The notes beneath the pieces were generated by a model. The model searched no databases. It was not told the origin of the DNA and saw nothing but the letters and a program-made list of their open reading frames with translations. A stretch of DNA of 64,000 nt from an uncultured Nitrospiraceae bacterium (GTDB taxonomy: Bacteria > Nitrospirota > Thermodesulfovibrionia > Thermodesulfovibrionales > Dissulfurispiraceae): assembly GCA_963727805.1 (NCBI GenBank), contig CAVSHF010000003.1, forward strand, positions 1,472,001 to 1,536,000. The letters run 5' to 3'. Positions within the stretch are counted from its first letter, which is position 1. Each line of letters begins with the position of its first letter. Made by a program: the position numbers and the translations under genes. This document shows, piece by piece, positions 49,626-59,133 of this stretch.

Positions 49626-50491
49626 AACCACATCTGCATCACCGAGTCGACGGTGTTGTCAACCCTGGATTCGACTTGCAATAATTTATGTTCAGTCATG
49701 CCGAGGATTTTTAGAACATTATTGTCAAGCGGGCCCTCGTATCCCCTTATAGAAGCAGGACTGAAGTCATTTTTTGCCGCTATGACATCCGCCAGATGCA
49801 CTACCGCTGCAACAGAGGACTTGAGCCCGTCATGGAATGGAATATGATGATAACGGATGACCTCATGCAAGAAATCGGGCAATCTCCATTTGTCTGCTAT
49901 CCATGCACCGATGTCTCCGTGGGTGAAACCGCACACCTCCATTTCGGCATCTGCGAAAGGCATTCCCTTTTTGACTCTGGCGATAATTTGCTCATATATG
50001 TCGGGGAAAAAAGCATTCATTACCAGTAGCCCGATATCATGGATCAGCCCGCTCGTAAAGACATCCTCCTGCACAGACCATTTGAGAACATCCTTGATGT
50101 CTTTGGCTATCACACCCACTGCCATGCTATGCCTTATGATATTTTCGTAGTCTCCGGCCTCGCCATTCTGTTTGACTCTAAAAAGCGTTAGAAGCGATAT
50201 GCCGAGGGCGATGCTCTTGACATTGTCAACCCCAATCTTCATAACGGCATCCCGGATATTGGTTACAGCCTCCCCCCTAGAGTAAAAGGCCGCATTGGAC
50301 AAGCCGATCACCTTTGCCGATATCGCAGGGTCTTGTTCAATCGTGTCGACGATGCTGTTAATGAACGCAGTATTGCTGCTGATGAGCCTGATGATTTTGT
50401 CGGCAACAGCGGGAATGGTAGGAAGTTTGGGAATCTTCTGCGTCAAAATTCTCAGAGATTCATTCATAGACACCGTTCCCCCATTCTTCAC
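49622..50491 (-). CDS. HDOD domain protein
   Basis: LPTIP, QDPAISAKV..SNAAFY, GLIHDIG, GFTH..IG.W...W.LP, YHH. Confidence 0.92.
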   Translation of the reverse strand: MKNGGTVSMNESLRILTQKIPKLPTIPAVADKIIRLISSNTAFINSIVDTIEQDPAISAKVIGLSNAAFYSRGEAVTNIRDAVMKIGVDNVKSIALGISLLTLFRVKQNGEAGDYENIIRHSMAVGVIAKDIKDVLKWSVQEDVFTSGLIHDIGLLVMNAFFPDIYEQIIARVKKGMPFADAEMEVCGFTHGDIGAWIADKWRLPDFLHEVIRYHHIPFHDGLKSSVAAVVHLADVIAAKNDFSPASIRGYEGPLDNNVLKILGMTEHKLLQVESRVDNTVDSVMQMWL

Positions 50492-50549
50492 GGCTTTTCA
50501 GTAGCGTCTATTATATACAAAAACAAGCCTGGAATGTCATCTTCTCTGT

Positions 50550-51233
50550 TTAAAACTTCCTGTATTTTTTGCCGGGGAGCCAAAAACGTATCGTCAACAA
50601 ACCTACCACAAAGCCTCCGACATGAGCCAGCCACGCAATGCCTCCCTGCTGTATCTCCGATTCGCTTATAAGGCCGTTCAACACTTGGAAGAAAGCCCAG
50701 TAACCTATGACAAGGAGGGCAGGAATTCTCATAACCCAGAACAAACCAAAAAAGACCAGCGTCGTTACCCTCGCTGACGGAAAGAGGACTATATAGGCGC
50801 CCAATATGCCAGAGATTGCGCCGCTGGCCCCGACCATGGGGACTAATGAGTCGGGGCCAGAGATAGCAAAAGTGTACGTTGCCAAGATGCCTGATAGCAG
50901 ATAGAAAAAAACAAATCGCCCGTGACCGAGTGAATCCTCTACATTGTCTCCGAAAATCCACAGGTAAAGCATATTACCGGCGAGATGAAATAAATTGCCG
51001 TGTATGAACATAGCAGCAATGACACTGGAGAATGGACTTATGGGCTGAAAGACTTCCGGCGTCGTCGCCAACGATATCAGGTTATAGGGGATCGCTCCGT
51101 AGAGCCGTGCTATGGTGGGAATGTCGAGCGGAGAGAATATCTCCCATAAAAAAACGAGACCGTTGGTGACGATGAGTAGAATGGTTACAAAGGGGAATGT
51201 TTCAGTCCTGTTGTCATCTTTTAAGGGGATCAT
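50550..51233 (-). CDS. Rhomboid intramembrane serine protease
   Basis: MIPLKDD, H..GNMLYLWIFGDNVED, GASGA, AHVGGF. Confidence 0.93.
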   Translation of the reverse strand: MIPLKDDNRTETFPFVTILLIVTNGLVFLWEIFSPLDIPTIARLYGAIPYNLISLATTPEVFQPISPFSSVIAAMFIHGNLFHLAGNMLYLWIFGDNVEDSLGHGRFVFFYLLSGILATYTFAISGPDSLVPMVGASGAISGILGAYIVLFPSARVTTLVFFGLFWVMRIPALLVIGYWAFFQVLNGLISESEIQQGGIAWLAHVGGFVVGLLTIRFWLPGKKYRKF

Positions 51234-51328
51234 CGTTTACCATCTATAACAGCCTTTTTTTTAATTCATATGCAGGCCACTGCTTGCTGTGCCCTTATTG
51301 GCCATGGGTAGGCAATGGATTGCAGATA

Positions 51329-51718
51329 TCACCCTTGCAGCACGTTCTTTACCTGCTCGCTCAACTCAGAGACCTGATAAGGTTTGGTGATAATACCCGC
51401 AAAGCCATGTTGCCGGAAATTAGTCATGACCGGATCGCTTGCATAACCGCTCGAAACAATCGCCTTTACTTTTGGGTCGATTTCAATAAGTTTTTTTACT
51501 GCCTCCTTTCCTCCCATACCGCCGGGGATGGTAAGGTCCATGATGACCGCGTCAAAAGACGTCCCTGACTTCATGGCATTGGCGTATTTCTCAAGGGCTT
51601 CAGCGCCATCTTTTGCGAATTCGACTTCATACCCAAAATGTTTCAGCATCTCTCCTGCCACTTCCCTGATAATTTCTTCATCATCCATGATAAGGATTTT
51701 CCCATTGCCGGTACTCAT
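51329..51718 (-). CDS. Stand-alone response regulator receiver domain
   Basis: ILIMDDE, MDLTIPGGMGG, SSGY, TKPY. Confidence 0.88.
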   Translation of the reverse strand: MSTGNGKILIMDDEEIIREVAGEMLKHFGYEVEFAKDGAEALEKYANAMKSGTSFDAVIMDLTIPGGMGGKEAVKKLIEIDPKVKAIVSSGYASDPVMTNFRQHGFAGIITKPYQVSELSEQVKNVLQG

Positions 51719-52068
51719 TGTATCTCTCCCCTTTCTGAGTGATTCTCTGATGGCTGCTACAGAGCGTCAATCTACCGTTAGTATTATTCGCAAGCAGGGA
51801 AACCGCGGCAAATTTCCCTTGCTACCATTCTTTTTGAAGTTGCTCAAGATGCTCAAAAGCCACATATGAGATCACAAGGGAGGGGTATTGTAAGAAAAGA
51901 TACTCGGATAATCAAGCTCGTTTTAATGTTGAGGGCGGGACGCACGGTAGACGCCTCCAAATTCGATAGTGCTCTTCAGGTAATAATATCACACGTTGCC
52001 TCAAAAACATACCACGGCCGGGTATTAGTATAAAAGGGAAAGGTGGGGTGCATGGTTAGAGGGGGGTG

Positions 52069-52097
52069 AAAAGGCAGGCCCTTTGAAGGGCCCGCCT
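52069..52097 (-). terminator. Intrinsic terminator after hcp
   Basis: Minus strand AGGCGGGCCCT-loop-AGGGCCTGCCT followed by U-run. Confidence 0.75.
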
Positions 52098-52118
52098 GAG
52101 GAGGCTATGCAAGCAGTA

Positions 52119-53732
52119 TTAACCGAGAATCGCCTTCAAATCCTGGTCCGGGGTCGTGATTGGCTGGATGTTGAAGTTTTTCACCAGCACGCCGAGGACA
52201 TTCGGGGTGATAAAAGCAGGCAGTGAGGGCCCGATACGGATGTCTTTGATACCGAGGTAAAGCAGTGTGAGAAGAATCGCAACCGCTTTCTGCTCATACC
52301 ATGAAAGGACCATTGACAGGGGCAGGTCATTCACGCCCACATTGAAAGCCTTTGCAAGGGCCACGGCTATCTGGATGGCCGAATAAGCGTCATTACACTG
52401 TCCTACGTCGAGGAGCCTCGGGATTCCGCCTATGTCTCCAAGTTCCTTGTCAAAGAACCTGAACTTTCCGCAGGCCAGTGTAAGCACTACACAGTCTTTT
52501 GGCACCTTTTCGACGAATTCAGTATAGTAGTTGCGGCCTGGTTTTGCGCCGTCGCAGCCGCCGACGAGAAAGAAGTGGCGAAGCTGTTTACTCTTAACCG
52601 CCTCAATCACCGTGCCGGCAACGCTCATGACCGTATTTCTGCCGAAACCAACCGTAACACTCTTGCCGGGAACGTCGGCAGGGAATCCTGGCAGCGACAG
52701 CGCCTTGTCGATCGCCGGTTTAAAGTTACTGTCTGCAATGTGCTGAACGTCAGGCCAGCCGACCAGTCCAGCGGTGAAAATTCTGTCCTTGTAAGAATCC
52801 TGCGGCTTCTGGAGACAGTTAGTCGTCATCACGATCGCGCCGGGGAATGCCGTGAAATCCTTGTGCTGGTTCTGCCATGCCGTGCCCCAGTGCCCATAGA
52901 AATGCGGGTACTGTTTGAGCTTCGGATAAGCATGCGTCGGCAGCATTTCGCCGTGTGTATAGACGTTGACTCCGGTCCCTTCGCTCTGTTTAAGGATCGC
53001 CTCAAGGTCCTTAAGATCGTGACCCGAAACGAGCAGCGCCTTGCCCTTCTTCGGTCCGAGAGGGACCTTTGTCGGCACTGGGTGGCCATAGGTGCCGGTG
53101 TTGCCTGCATCGAGGAGTTCCATGACACGGAGATTTATCTCACCACATTTAAGTACAAGGCCGACCCACTCATTAAGGCCAAGCGATTTATCGAGCGTCG
53201 CCACAAGGGCCTCCTGACAAAATGCATATACAGCATCATCCTGCTGACCGAGGATCTGAGCGTGGTCCGCATACGCAGCCACTCCCTTGAGGCCGTAAAT
53301 AAGTGTTTCCTGCAACGACTGGATATCAGGATCTATTGAAGGATCGGATTTAATGCCTACCTCTTCTCCCTGTTTCACCAGTTCTGCCTTGGCAGCGGCC
53401 GGCTTGAATGTTGCTGGAGCTGCGTTGATGGAGATGCCGATTTTCGACTTAAGCTTCTCTCTTAGTTCAACGCACTTATTGATAAGGACGACAAACCGGT
53501 CCGCATCGAAATCGACATTGGTCAGCGTTGAAAAGAGTGCCTTAACAGTGAATACGTTCACCTCACTGTCAACGATGCCTTTCTTTCTCGCCTCGACCGC
53601 ATACTGCGAAAGGCCCTTCAGCGCATAGACCAGAAGATCCTGTAACGCCGCAACATCGGGTTGCTTGCCGCAGGTGCCGATCTTTGTACAACCTTCTCCC
53701 TTTGCTGTCTGTTCACACTGATAACAAAACAT
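52119..53732 (-). CDS. hcp: Hybrid cluster protein (hydroxylamine/NO reductase)
   Basis: MFCYQCEQT..GC...G.CGK, SGHDL, YTHGEMLP, TTNC, GGCDG, LACGK, GQCNDAYS, SWYEQKA. Confidence 0.97.
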   Translation of the reverse strand: MFCYQCEQTAKGEGCTKIGTCGKQPDVAALQDLLVYALKGLSQYAVEARKKGIVDSEVNVFTVKALFSTLTNVDFDADRFVVLINKCVELREKLKSKIGISINAAPATFKPAAAKAELVKQGEEVGIKSDPSIDPDIQSLQETLIYGLKGVAAYADHAQILGQQDDAVYAFCQEALVATLDKSLGLNEWVGLVLKCGEINLRVMELLDAGNTGTYGHPVPTKVPLGPKKGKALLVSGHDLKDLEAILKQSEGTGVNVYTHGEMLPTHAYPKLKQYPHFYGHWGTAWQNQHKDFTAFPGAIVMTTNCLQKPQDSYKDRIFTAGLVGWPDVQHIADSNFKPAIDKALSLPGFPADVPGKSVTVGFGRNTVMSVAGTVIEAVKSKQLRHFFLVGGCDGAKPGRNYYTEFVEKVPKDCVVLTLACGKFRFFDKELGDIGGIPRLLDVGQCNDAYSAIQIAVALAKAFNVGVNDLPLSMVLSWYEQKAVAILLTLLYLGIKDIRIGPSLPAFITPNVLGVLVKNFNIQPITTPDQDLKAILG

Positions 53733-53773
53733 TTCAGTAGTCCTCCATAAAGTTTATTTGTATCGTTAAATGA

Positions 53774-53817
53774 ATTATAAAGGCCGGAGAGTATTCCTGT
53801 GTATGATTTAGATCATA
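53774..53817 (-). promoter_or_regulatory. hcp promoter with CRP/FNR-family (HcpR-type) site
   Basis: Palindrome TATGA-N6-TCATA (53802-53817) centred ~-42 relative to TATAAT -10 at 53774-53779. Confidence 0.7.
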
Positions 53818-53836
53818 TGCCCTATAAAGCGGACTA

Positions 53837-54832
53837 CTATTTGATGACGAGGCTCAGTCCTTTGCAAATGGCCCATGCGAGGCCGGCACATACAGGGATA
53901 GTAATGATCCAGGCGAGGACAATGTTTCCGCCGACGGTCCAGCGGACTGCTGATATTCGCTTTGAAGCGCCGACTCCCATAATAGAGGACGAGATGATAT
54001 GGGTCGTTGACAGAGGTATACCGATACGAGAGGCTATTTCTATTACTGTCGCTGCGGCTGTTTCGGCTGCGAAGCCGTTGATTGGTCTAAGATGCGCAAG
54101 CTTGGTCCCTAGCGTTTTGATAATCCTCCATCCTCCAACTGCCGTTCCACATGCCATCGCTGCGGCACAGAGGAAGATAACCCACATCGGGATGTCGAAA
54201 GTGGGGAGATGATAATAGCTGATAAGGGCCATAGTAATGATTCCCATCGTCTTTTGAGCATCATTGTTCCCATGACTAAAGGCCATATATGCTGCAGAGA
54301 CAATCTGGAATCGGCTGAAAATATTATTCACTAATGATGGGGAGTTATTGCAGAAAAACCTGGCAAGACAAAACATGATGAAGCCCCCCAGAACAAAACC
54401 TATAATGGGAGACACAACGAGTCCGATGAGGATTTTGTAAACACCGGCACTAATAACCACTCCTGTTCCTGAAGTAGCAATTGCAGCACCCACAAGGCTC
54501 GACAGCACAGCATGGCTCGATGATGTGGGGATGCCAAAATACCATGTTATAAGGTCCCATATGATAGCTGAGAAAAGGGCCGCAAGGACTGTCAACTGGG
54601 TAACGCTCCCTGCATCGACTAGGCCGGCGCCAACAGTCTTTGCCACAGCAGTGCCGGAGACTGCTCCAAGAAGGTTCAGTGCCGTCGCCATTATAATGGC
54701 GTTCCTCGGCGACAGAACCCGGGTCGAAACCGAAGTGGCTATTGCATTTGCTGTATCATGGAAGCCGTTGATGAAATCGAAGACAACTGCTAGGACTACG
54801 ACGCAGACAAGCAGGAAAAAAGAATCATGCAT
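53837..54832 (-). CDS. pit: Inorganic phosphate transporter (PiT family)
   Basis: NGFHDTANA, GIPTSSSHA, HGNNDAQK, GIPLSTTH. Confidence 0.95.
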   Translation of the reverse strand: MHDSFFLLVCVVVLAVVFDFINGFHDTANAIATSVSTRVLSPRNAIIMATALNLLGAVSGTAVAKTVGAGLVDAGSVTQLTVLAALFSAIIWDLITWYFGIPTSSSHAVLSSLVGAAIATSGTGVVISAGVYKILIGLVVSPIIGFVLGGFIMFCLARFFCNNSPSLVNNIFSRFQIVSAAYMAFSHGNNDAQKTMGIITMALISYYHLPTFDIPMWVIFLCAAAMACGTAVGGWRIIKTLGTKLAHLRPINGFAAETAAATVIEIASRIGIPLSTTHIISSSIMGVGASKRISAVRWTVGGNIVLAWIITIPVCAGLAWAICKGLSLVIK

Positions 54833-55448
54833 ACTTAAGGACTATCGCCTCGAGGATGTTCGCCACGTCTTCACACGCATCCGATGCGTTCTCGAGATAT
54901 TCGTAAACTTCCTTCCACTTGATGATAGCTATGGGGTCTTTGACCTCATCAAAGAGCTTTACCAGCGCATTTTTATAAAGACGGTCGATCCTGTTTTCGA
55001 GGCTGTTGATCTCTATGCAATATTCCTGAACAAAAGAATATTTTTTGTCCCGGAGGGCTATAATCGCCTTGCTCATCATTTCAGTCGTCGTAAGGATCTC
55101 TTTAGCCATGTCAATGGCCTCTTTGGTGGGAACCGACAGCCTGAAGAGTGTAAACCGCTCTACACAAGCCCATATCATATCGATTACATCATCAATCTTC
55201 GTAGCAAGGGCATGAAGATCCTCGCGGTCGATCGGGGTGATGAAGGTCTTGTTGAGCTTCTTCATGATGTCGTGGGTCATCATGTCGCCCTCCTTTTCGG
55301 AGTCACGGACTTCCTTCGAGATCATCTCGAGATTATCCATGTCCTGCAGGACGGCAACGAGAAGCGAGGCGCCCTTGATAACGTTGCGCGCCGCATGATC
55401 AAAAAGCTCGAAGAAATCTATGTGTTTGGGGAAAAGGAATTTCATCAC
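54825..55448 (-). CDS. DUF47 PhoU-like phosphate transport regulator
   Basis: LNKTFITPIDREDL, IDDVID, IIKWKEVYE.LE.ASD.CEDVAN. Confidence 0.92.
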   Translation of the reverse strand: MMKFLFPKHIDFFELFDHAARNVIKGASLLVAVLQDMDNLEMISKEVRDSEKEGDMMTHDIMKKLNKTFITPIDREDLHALATKIDDVIDMIWACVERFTLFRLSVPTKEAIDMAKEILTTTEMMSKAIIALRDKKYSFVQEYCIEINSLENRIDRLYKNALVKLFDEVKDPIAIIKWKEVYEYLENASDACEDVANILEAIVLKYA

Positions 55449-55530
55449 TTACCGCTGTTTAGATTAATAGATGGCAAAGAGGCATGTCAATAGTATTTTC
55501 ATGCTTACACAGGCCAATCACATCCGGTCA

Positions 55531-56778
55531 TCAAGCAGTAAACAGTTTGACCTTCGTACCCTTGCCGGGAGTGCTCTCGATGGCCATCTCCCACTCATGT
55601 GCCTTGACAAGATGCTTAACAATAGCGAGGCCAAGACCGGTCCCCCCCATCTCCCTTGAACGCGCTCTGTCCACACGGTAGAAGCGTTCACCGAGCCTCG
55701 GCAGGTGACTTGCCGGAATACCTACACCAGTATCCTCGACAAACAACACCGGCACCTCGCCCGACAGATCGAATCCAGCAGTCACTCCCCCTTTTTCGGA
55801 GAACTTTATGCCGTTATCGACAAGGTTGAGTAATATCTGCACGAGCCGGTCCCGGTCGGCGCTGATGACAGACTTGCCGGGTGGCAGGTCCTTCTTAAGA
55901 TAAAGACCTTTTTTGTCTGCTTTGTCCTTCAGAATTGCGAAAGCGGTATCGATAACATCATCAAGCTTAACTTCTGACTTTGTTACTATGATATCTCCCA
56001 GCTCTATCCTGGAAAGGGTCAGCAGGTCGTCAACGAGGCTGTTGAGCCTCTCACTGTGGTTTTTTATCATGCCCAGAAACCGAGCCGCGTTCTCCCTGTC
56101 GTCGATGGCGCCATCTAGAAGAGTTTCTGCAAAACCTCTAATCGCCGTTATCGGCGTCTTTATCTCGTGGGAAACGTTGGCGACGAAGTCTTTTCTCATC
56201 TCTTCGAGCAGTTTAAGACGGGTAATGTCATGCAGGGTGATGACCGTGCCGCCGACCGAATCGCCTGAATAAATGGGCACCGCAGTCGCGAAGAGATAGA
56301 GGTCCCTGTCGGCACTCGAAACAGTAATCTCAGCTGCAGCAATATCCCAGGTGGCCATCGTCCTGTTGAAGAGACCGAGAACTTCGGAGTTCCTAAGGAC
56401 CTCCATGATCTGTTTCCCCTCGATCTTCTCATTAATGCGGAATATCTTTCTGAAGGCCCTGTTCGCCAATACCACCCTTCCCTGGATATCGACCATGAGG
56501 ACACCGTCCGACATCCCCCTCAGGATCGCCTCCATCCGCTGCTGCTCGCGCTCGGCCAGATTGCGCCTCTCCCTCGTCAAATCCATGACCGAGACTATAT
56601 CACGGGCAATCCGGTCAAGGATCGGACTGGCCATTTTATACGACCGCGCCTCGGAATTACCGGAAGAAAGCTCTTTCATCAAACTGCCAAATTCGCGTAT
56701 TGCAAAAACAGTGCGGACAAGATACACAACAAGACTGACGATGATAAGTGATAAGATGATAATAATAAAGGTATCCAT
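55531..56778 (-). CDS. phoR: PhoR-like sensor histidine kinase (TM, PAS, HisKA, HATPase)
   Basis: FVANVSHEIKTP, NLVDNGIKF, DTG.GI, ERFYRVDRARSR..GGTGLGLAIVKH. Confidence 0.85.
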   Translation of the reverse strand: MDTFIIIILSLIIVSLVVYLVRTVFAIREFGSLMKELSSGNSEARSYKMASPILDRIARDIVSVMDLTRERRNLAEREQQRMEAILRGMSDGVLMVDIQGRVVLANRAFRKIFRINEKIEGKQIMEVLRNSEVLGLFNRTMATWDIAAAEITVSSADRDLYLFATAVPIYSGDSVGGTVITLHDITRLKLLEEMRKDFVANVSHEIKTPITAIRGFAETLLDGAIDDRENAARFLGMIKNHSERLNSLVDDLLTLSRIELGDIIVTKSEVKLDDVIDTAFAILKDKADKKGLYLKKDLPPGKSVISADRDRLVQILLNLVDNGIKFSEKGGVTAGFDLSGEVPVLFVEDTGVGIPASHLPRLGERFYRVDRARSREMGGTGLGLAIVKHLVKAHEWEMAIESTPGKGTKVKLFTA

Positions 56779-57486
56779 TTATTTTTCCACGAAATACCCG
56801 ACACCCCGCATGGTCTTTATGTATTCAGGATTGTTTGGATCATTTTCAATCTTTGCCCTGAGTCTCCTGATGTGGACGTCCACAGTCCTCGGTTCGACAT
56901 AAACATCATTTCCCCAAACCATGTCCAGAAGCTGTTCCCTGTTGAATATTCTCTTTGGCCTTTCCGCCAGGAAGAGGAGCAGCTTGAATTCGGTCGCGCT
57001 CAGCTTGACGTGCCGGTCCCCAACCATAACTGTAAAACGTTCCTTGTCAATGGTCATTTCTCTTATCTTCAGGATACTCTCAGCCTGCCGCGCCTCCTCG
57101 ACCGTCTCGACAGGCTGTTCAGCCCTGCGAAGTATGGCCTTCGCCCGGGCGACCAATTCCCGCGGACTAAAAGGTTTGGTGATGTAATCATCTGCACCCA
57201 CCTCAAGCCCGATGATTTTATCAATCTCTTCGCCCTTTGCGGTCAGCATTATGACAGGGATACGGGACGTTTCGGAAGTGTTACGAATCCTCTTGCAGAG
57301 TTCGATCCCCTGAATACCGGGAAGCATGAGATCGAGAAAGATAAGGTCATATTTTTTAGAGTCTATTTTTTTCAGGCCCTCTTCGCCATCGTGGGCAGTG
57401 TCGACCTCGAAGCCCTCTTTCTTCAGATTATAAGCGACAAGTTCGACAATATCCGCTTCGTCATCTATGACTAGAATGTTCTTCAT
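56779..57486 (-). CDS. phoB: PhoB-like OmpR-family response regulator
   Basis: LDLMLPG, GADDYITKPFSPREL, RTVDVHIRRLR, TMRGVGY. Confidence 0.85.
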   Translation of the reverse strand: MKNILVIDDEADIVELVAYNLKKEGFEVDTAHDGEEGLKKIDSKKYDLIFLDLMLPGIQGIELCKRIRNTSETSRIPVIMLTAKGEEIDKIIGLEVGADDYITKPFSPRELVARAKAILRRAEQPVETVEEARQAESILKIREMTIDKERFTVMVGDRHVKLSATEFKLLLFLAERPKRIFNREQLLDMVWGNDVYVEPRTVDVHIRRLRAKIENDPNNPEYIKTMRGVGYFVEK

Positions 57487-58562
57487 TGCAATAAGACCCT
57501 TTCGATATCCATTGTTGTTATGTCCTTTCTGATGGCGACTTTTCCTATTTTTTCAGGGACTATAAATGTCATCTCTCCACCTACGACTTTTTTATCACGT
57601 TTCATGCAAGAAAGCAAATTGCCCGCATTGAGGTCTTCTGGTAAACGGCACGGCAACCCGTAGAATTCGATGAGGTTTTGTATCCGGCCGATCTGTTCTG
57701 AATTCATGAGGCCGAGAACTTCCGAAAGCCGGGACTCAAGGCACATGCCGAGCCCGACTGCCTCGCCATGAAGAAACCGAGTATATCTGGTCTCGGTTTC
57801 TACTGCGTGGCCTATAGTATGGCCGAAATTGAGGATAGCCCGCAACCCAGCCTCCTTTTCGTCATAAGAGACGACCCCCGCCTTTATCTCACAGGACCTT
57901 TTGATTATAAGACTCAGCACGTCTGCATCGAGGCACATGATATTATCTTTCTTTTTTTCTAAAAAGCCAAAAAATTCCGCATCTTGGATAATACCGTATT
58001 TGATCACCTCTGCAATACCGCTGATCAATTCCCTTTGAGGTAGGGAATCGAGTGTTCCAGTATCGATCCAGACAAGGCGGGGCTGATAAAACGTTCCTAT
58101 CATGTTCTTGCCGAGGTAATGATTGACGCCCGTCTTGCCACCCACAGAACTATCGACCTGCGCGAGGAGCGTTGTCGGCATCTGAACGAAGTGTAGCCCG
58201 CGCATGTAGGTCGAAGCGACGAAACCTGTAATGTCGCCGATTACCCCACCGCCCAAAGCGACTATGCATGAATTCCTGTCCAGTCCGCGTTTTAAAAGCT
58301 CCGTGAGGATGTAGTGAGACCAGGTATAATCCTTGTATTCCTCTCCGTCAGGAATCAGAACAGAGAAACAGTCAAAACCCGCATCATCCAAAGACCGCAT
58401 CACCCCTTCTCCGTAAAGCGCGAAAACATTGGGATTGCTAATGATCCCGACTATAGGGCTGAAGCCGAATGACTTCATCCTCTCCCCGACGCTGGAAAGG
58501 ATTCCTTTGCCTATATGAATAGCATAACTTCTTTGCCCCAGATCAACCGTTACTTTTTCCAT
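57483..58562 (-). CDS. aroB: 3-dehydroquinate synthase
   Basis: DGEEYK, GGGVIGD, PTTLLAQVDSSVGGKT, LNFGHTIGHA, HGEAV, DKK. Confidence 0.97.
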   Translation of the reverse strand: MEKVTVDLGQRSYAIHIGKGILSSVGERMKSFGFSPIVGIISNPNVFALYGEGVMRSLDDAGFDCFSVLIPDGEEYKDYTWSHYILTELLKRGLDRNSCIVALGGGVIGDITGFVASTYMRGLHFVQMPTTLLAQVDSSVGGKTGVNHYLGKNMIGTFYQPRLVWIDTGTLDSLPQRELISGIAEVIKYGIIQDAEFFGFLEKKKDNIMCLDADVLSLIIKRSCEIKAGVVSYDEKEAGLRAILNFGHTIGHAVETETRYTRFLHGEAVGLGMCLESRLSEVLGLMNSEQIGRIQNLIEFYGLPCRLPEDLNAGNLLSCMKRDKKVVGGEMTFIVPEKIGKVAIRKDITTMDIERVLLQ

Positions 58563-59064
58563 ATGTCCTCATACCTGTCATTATCTCTTCGGCAACCTCC
58601 AGCGGAGACCTCCTCTCGGTGTCGATTACAATATCCGCCTTCTCGTAATAAGGCTGTCTGAATGCAAGCAGTTCCTTTATTTTGGCAAGCGGATCCTCGA
58701 CACTGAGAAGCGGCCTGGCCTTGTTTCTCTTCGTTCTCTCGTAAATCGTCACGGCAGATGCGGTAAGGCAGACAATAACGCCATTTCTTCTCAAGTTGTC
58801 CATATTCTCCTGCCTGAGCACCGCACCCCCGCCCGTCGAAATGACTGCCCTTTCGCGTTCTGAAAGTCTCTTGATCACAGCAGACTCGATGTCCCTAAAG
58901 GCCGACTCGCCGTATTGCTTGAATATTTCAGCTATCTTCATATGCTGCTCTTTTTCGATCTCATCATCCACATCGATCAGTACATAGCGGAGCTGCTGGG
59001 CTAATACTCTTCCGACCTCTGTTTTCCCGGCACCCATAAAGCCGGTCAGCACTACATTTTTCAC
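58543..59064 (-). CDS. aroK: Shikimate kinase
   Basis: GFMGAGKT, GE..FR..E, STGGG, RPLL. Confidence 0.96.
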   Translation of the reverse strand: MKNVVLTGFMGAGKTEVGRVLAQQLRYVLIDVDDEIEKEQHMKIAEIFKQYGESAFRDIESAVIKRLSERERAVISTGGGAVLRQENMDNLRRNGVIVCLTASAVTIYERTKRNKARPLLSVEDPLAKIKELLAFRQPYYEKADIVIDTERRSPLEVAEEIMTGMRTYGKSNG

Positions 59065-59133
59065 GATCTATTTCCACCCTTTCGGCCATTTCGCGAGTTG
59101 GCCGCATATCCCGATCCTATGCTAAGATAACGC

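Noticed and set aside
54525..55493. 322-aa + strand ORF and similar long shadow ORFs (52575-53339, 31280-32011, 27789-28493, 6112-6738)
   Set aside because: Antisense to well-supported conserved genes, with no motifs or SD; expected from codon bias
55449..55530. Pho box upstream of DUF47-pit
   Set aside because: No 11-bp-period direct repeat; a plain TTGACA -35 is present
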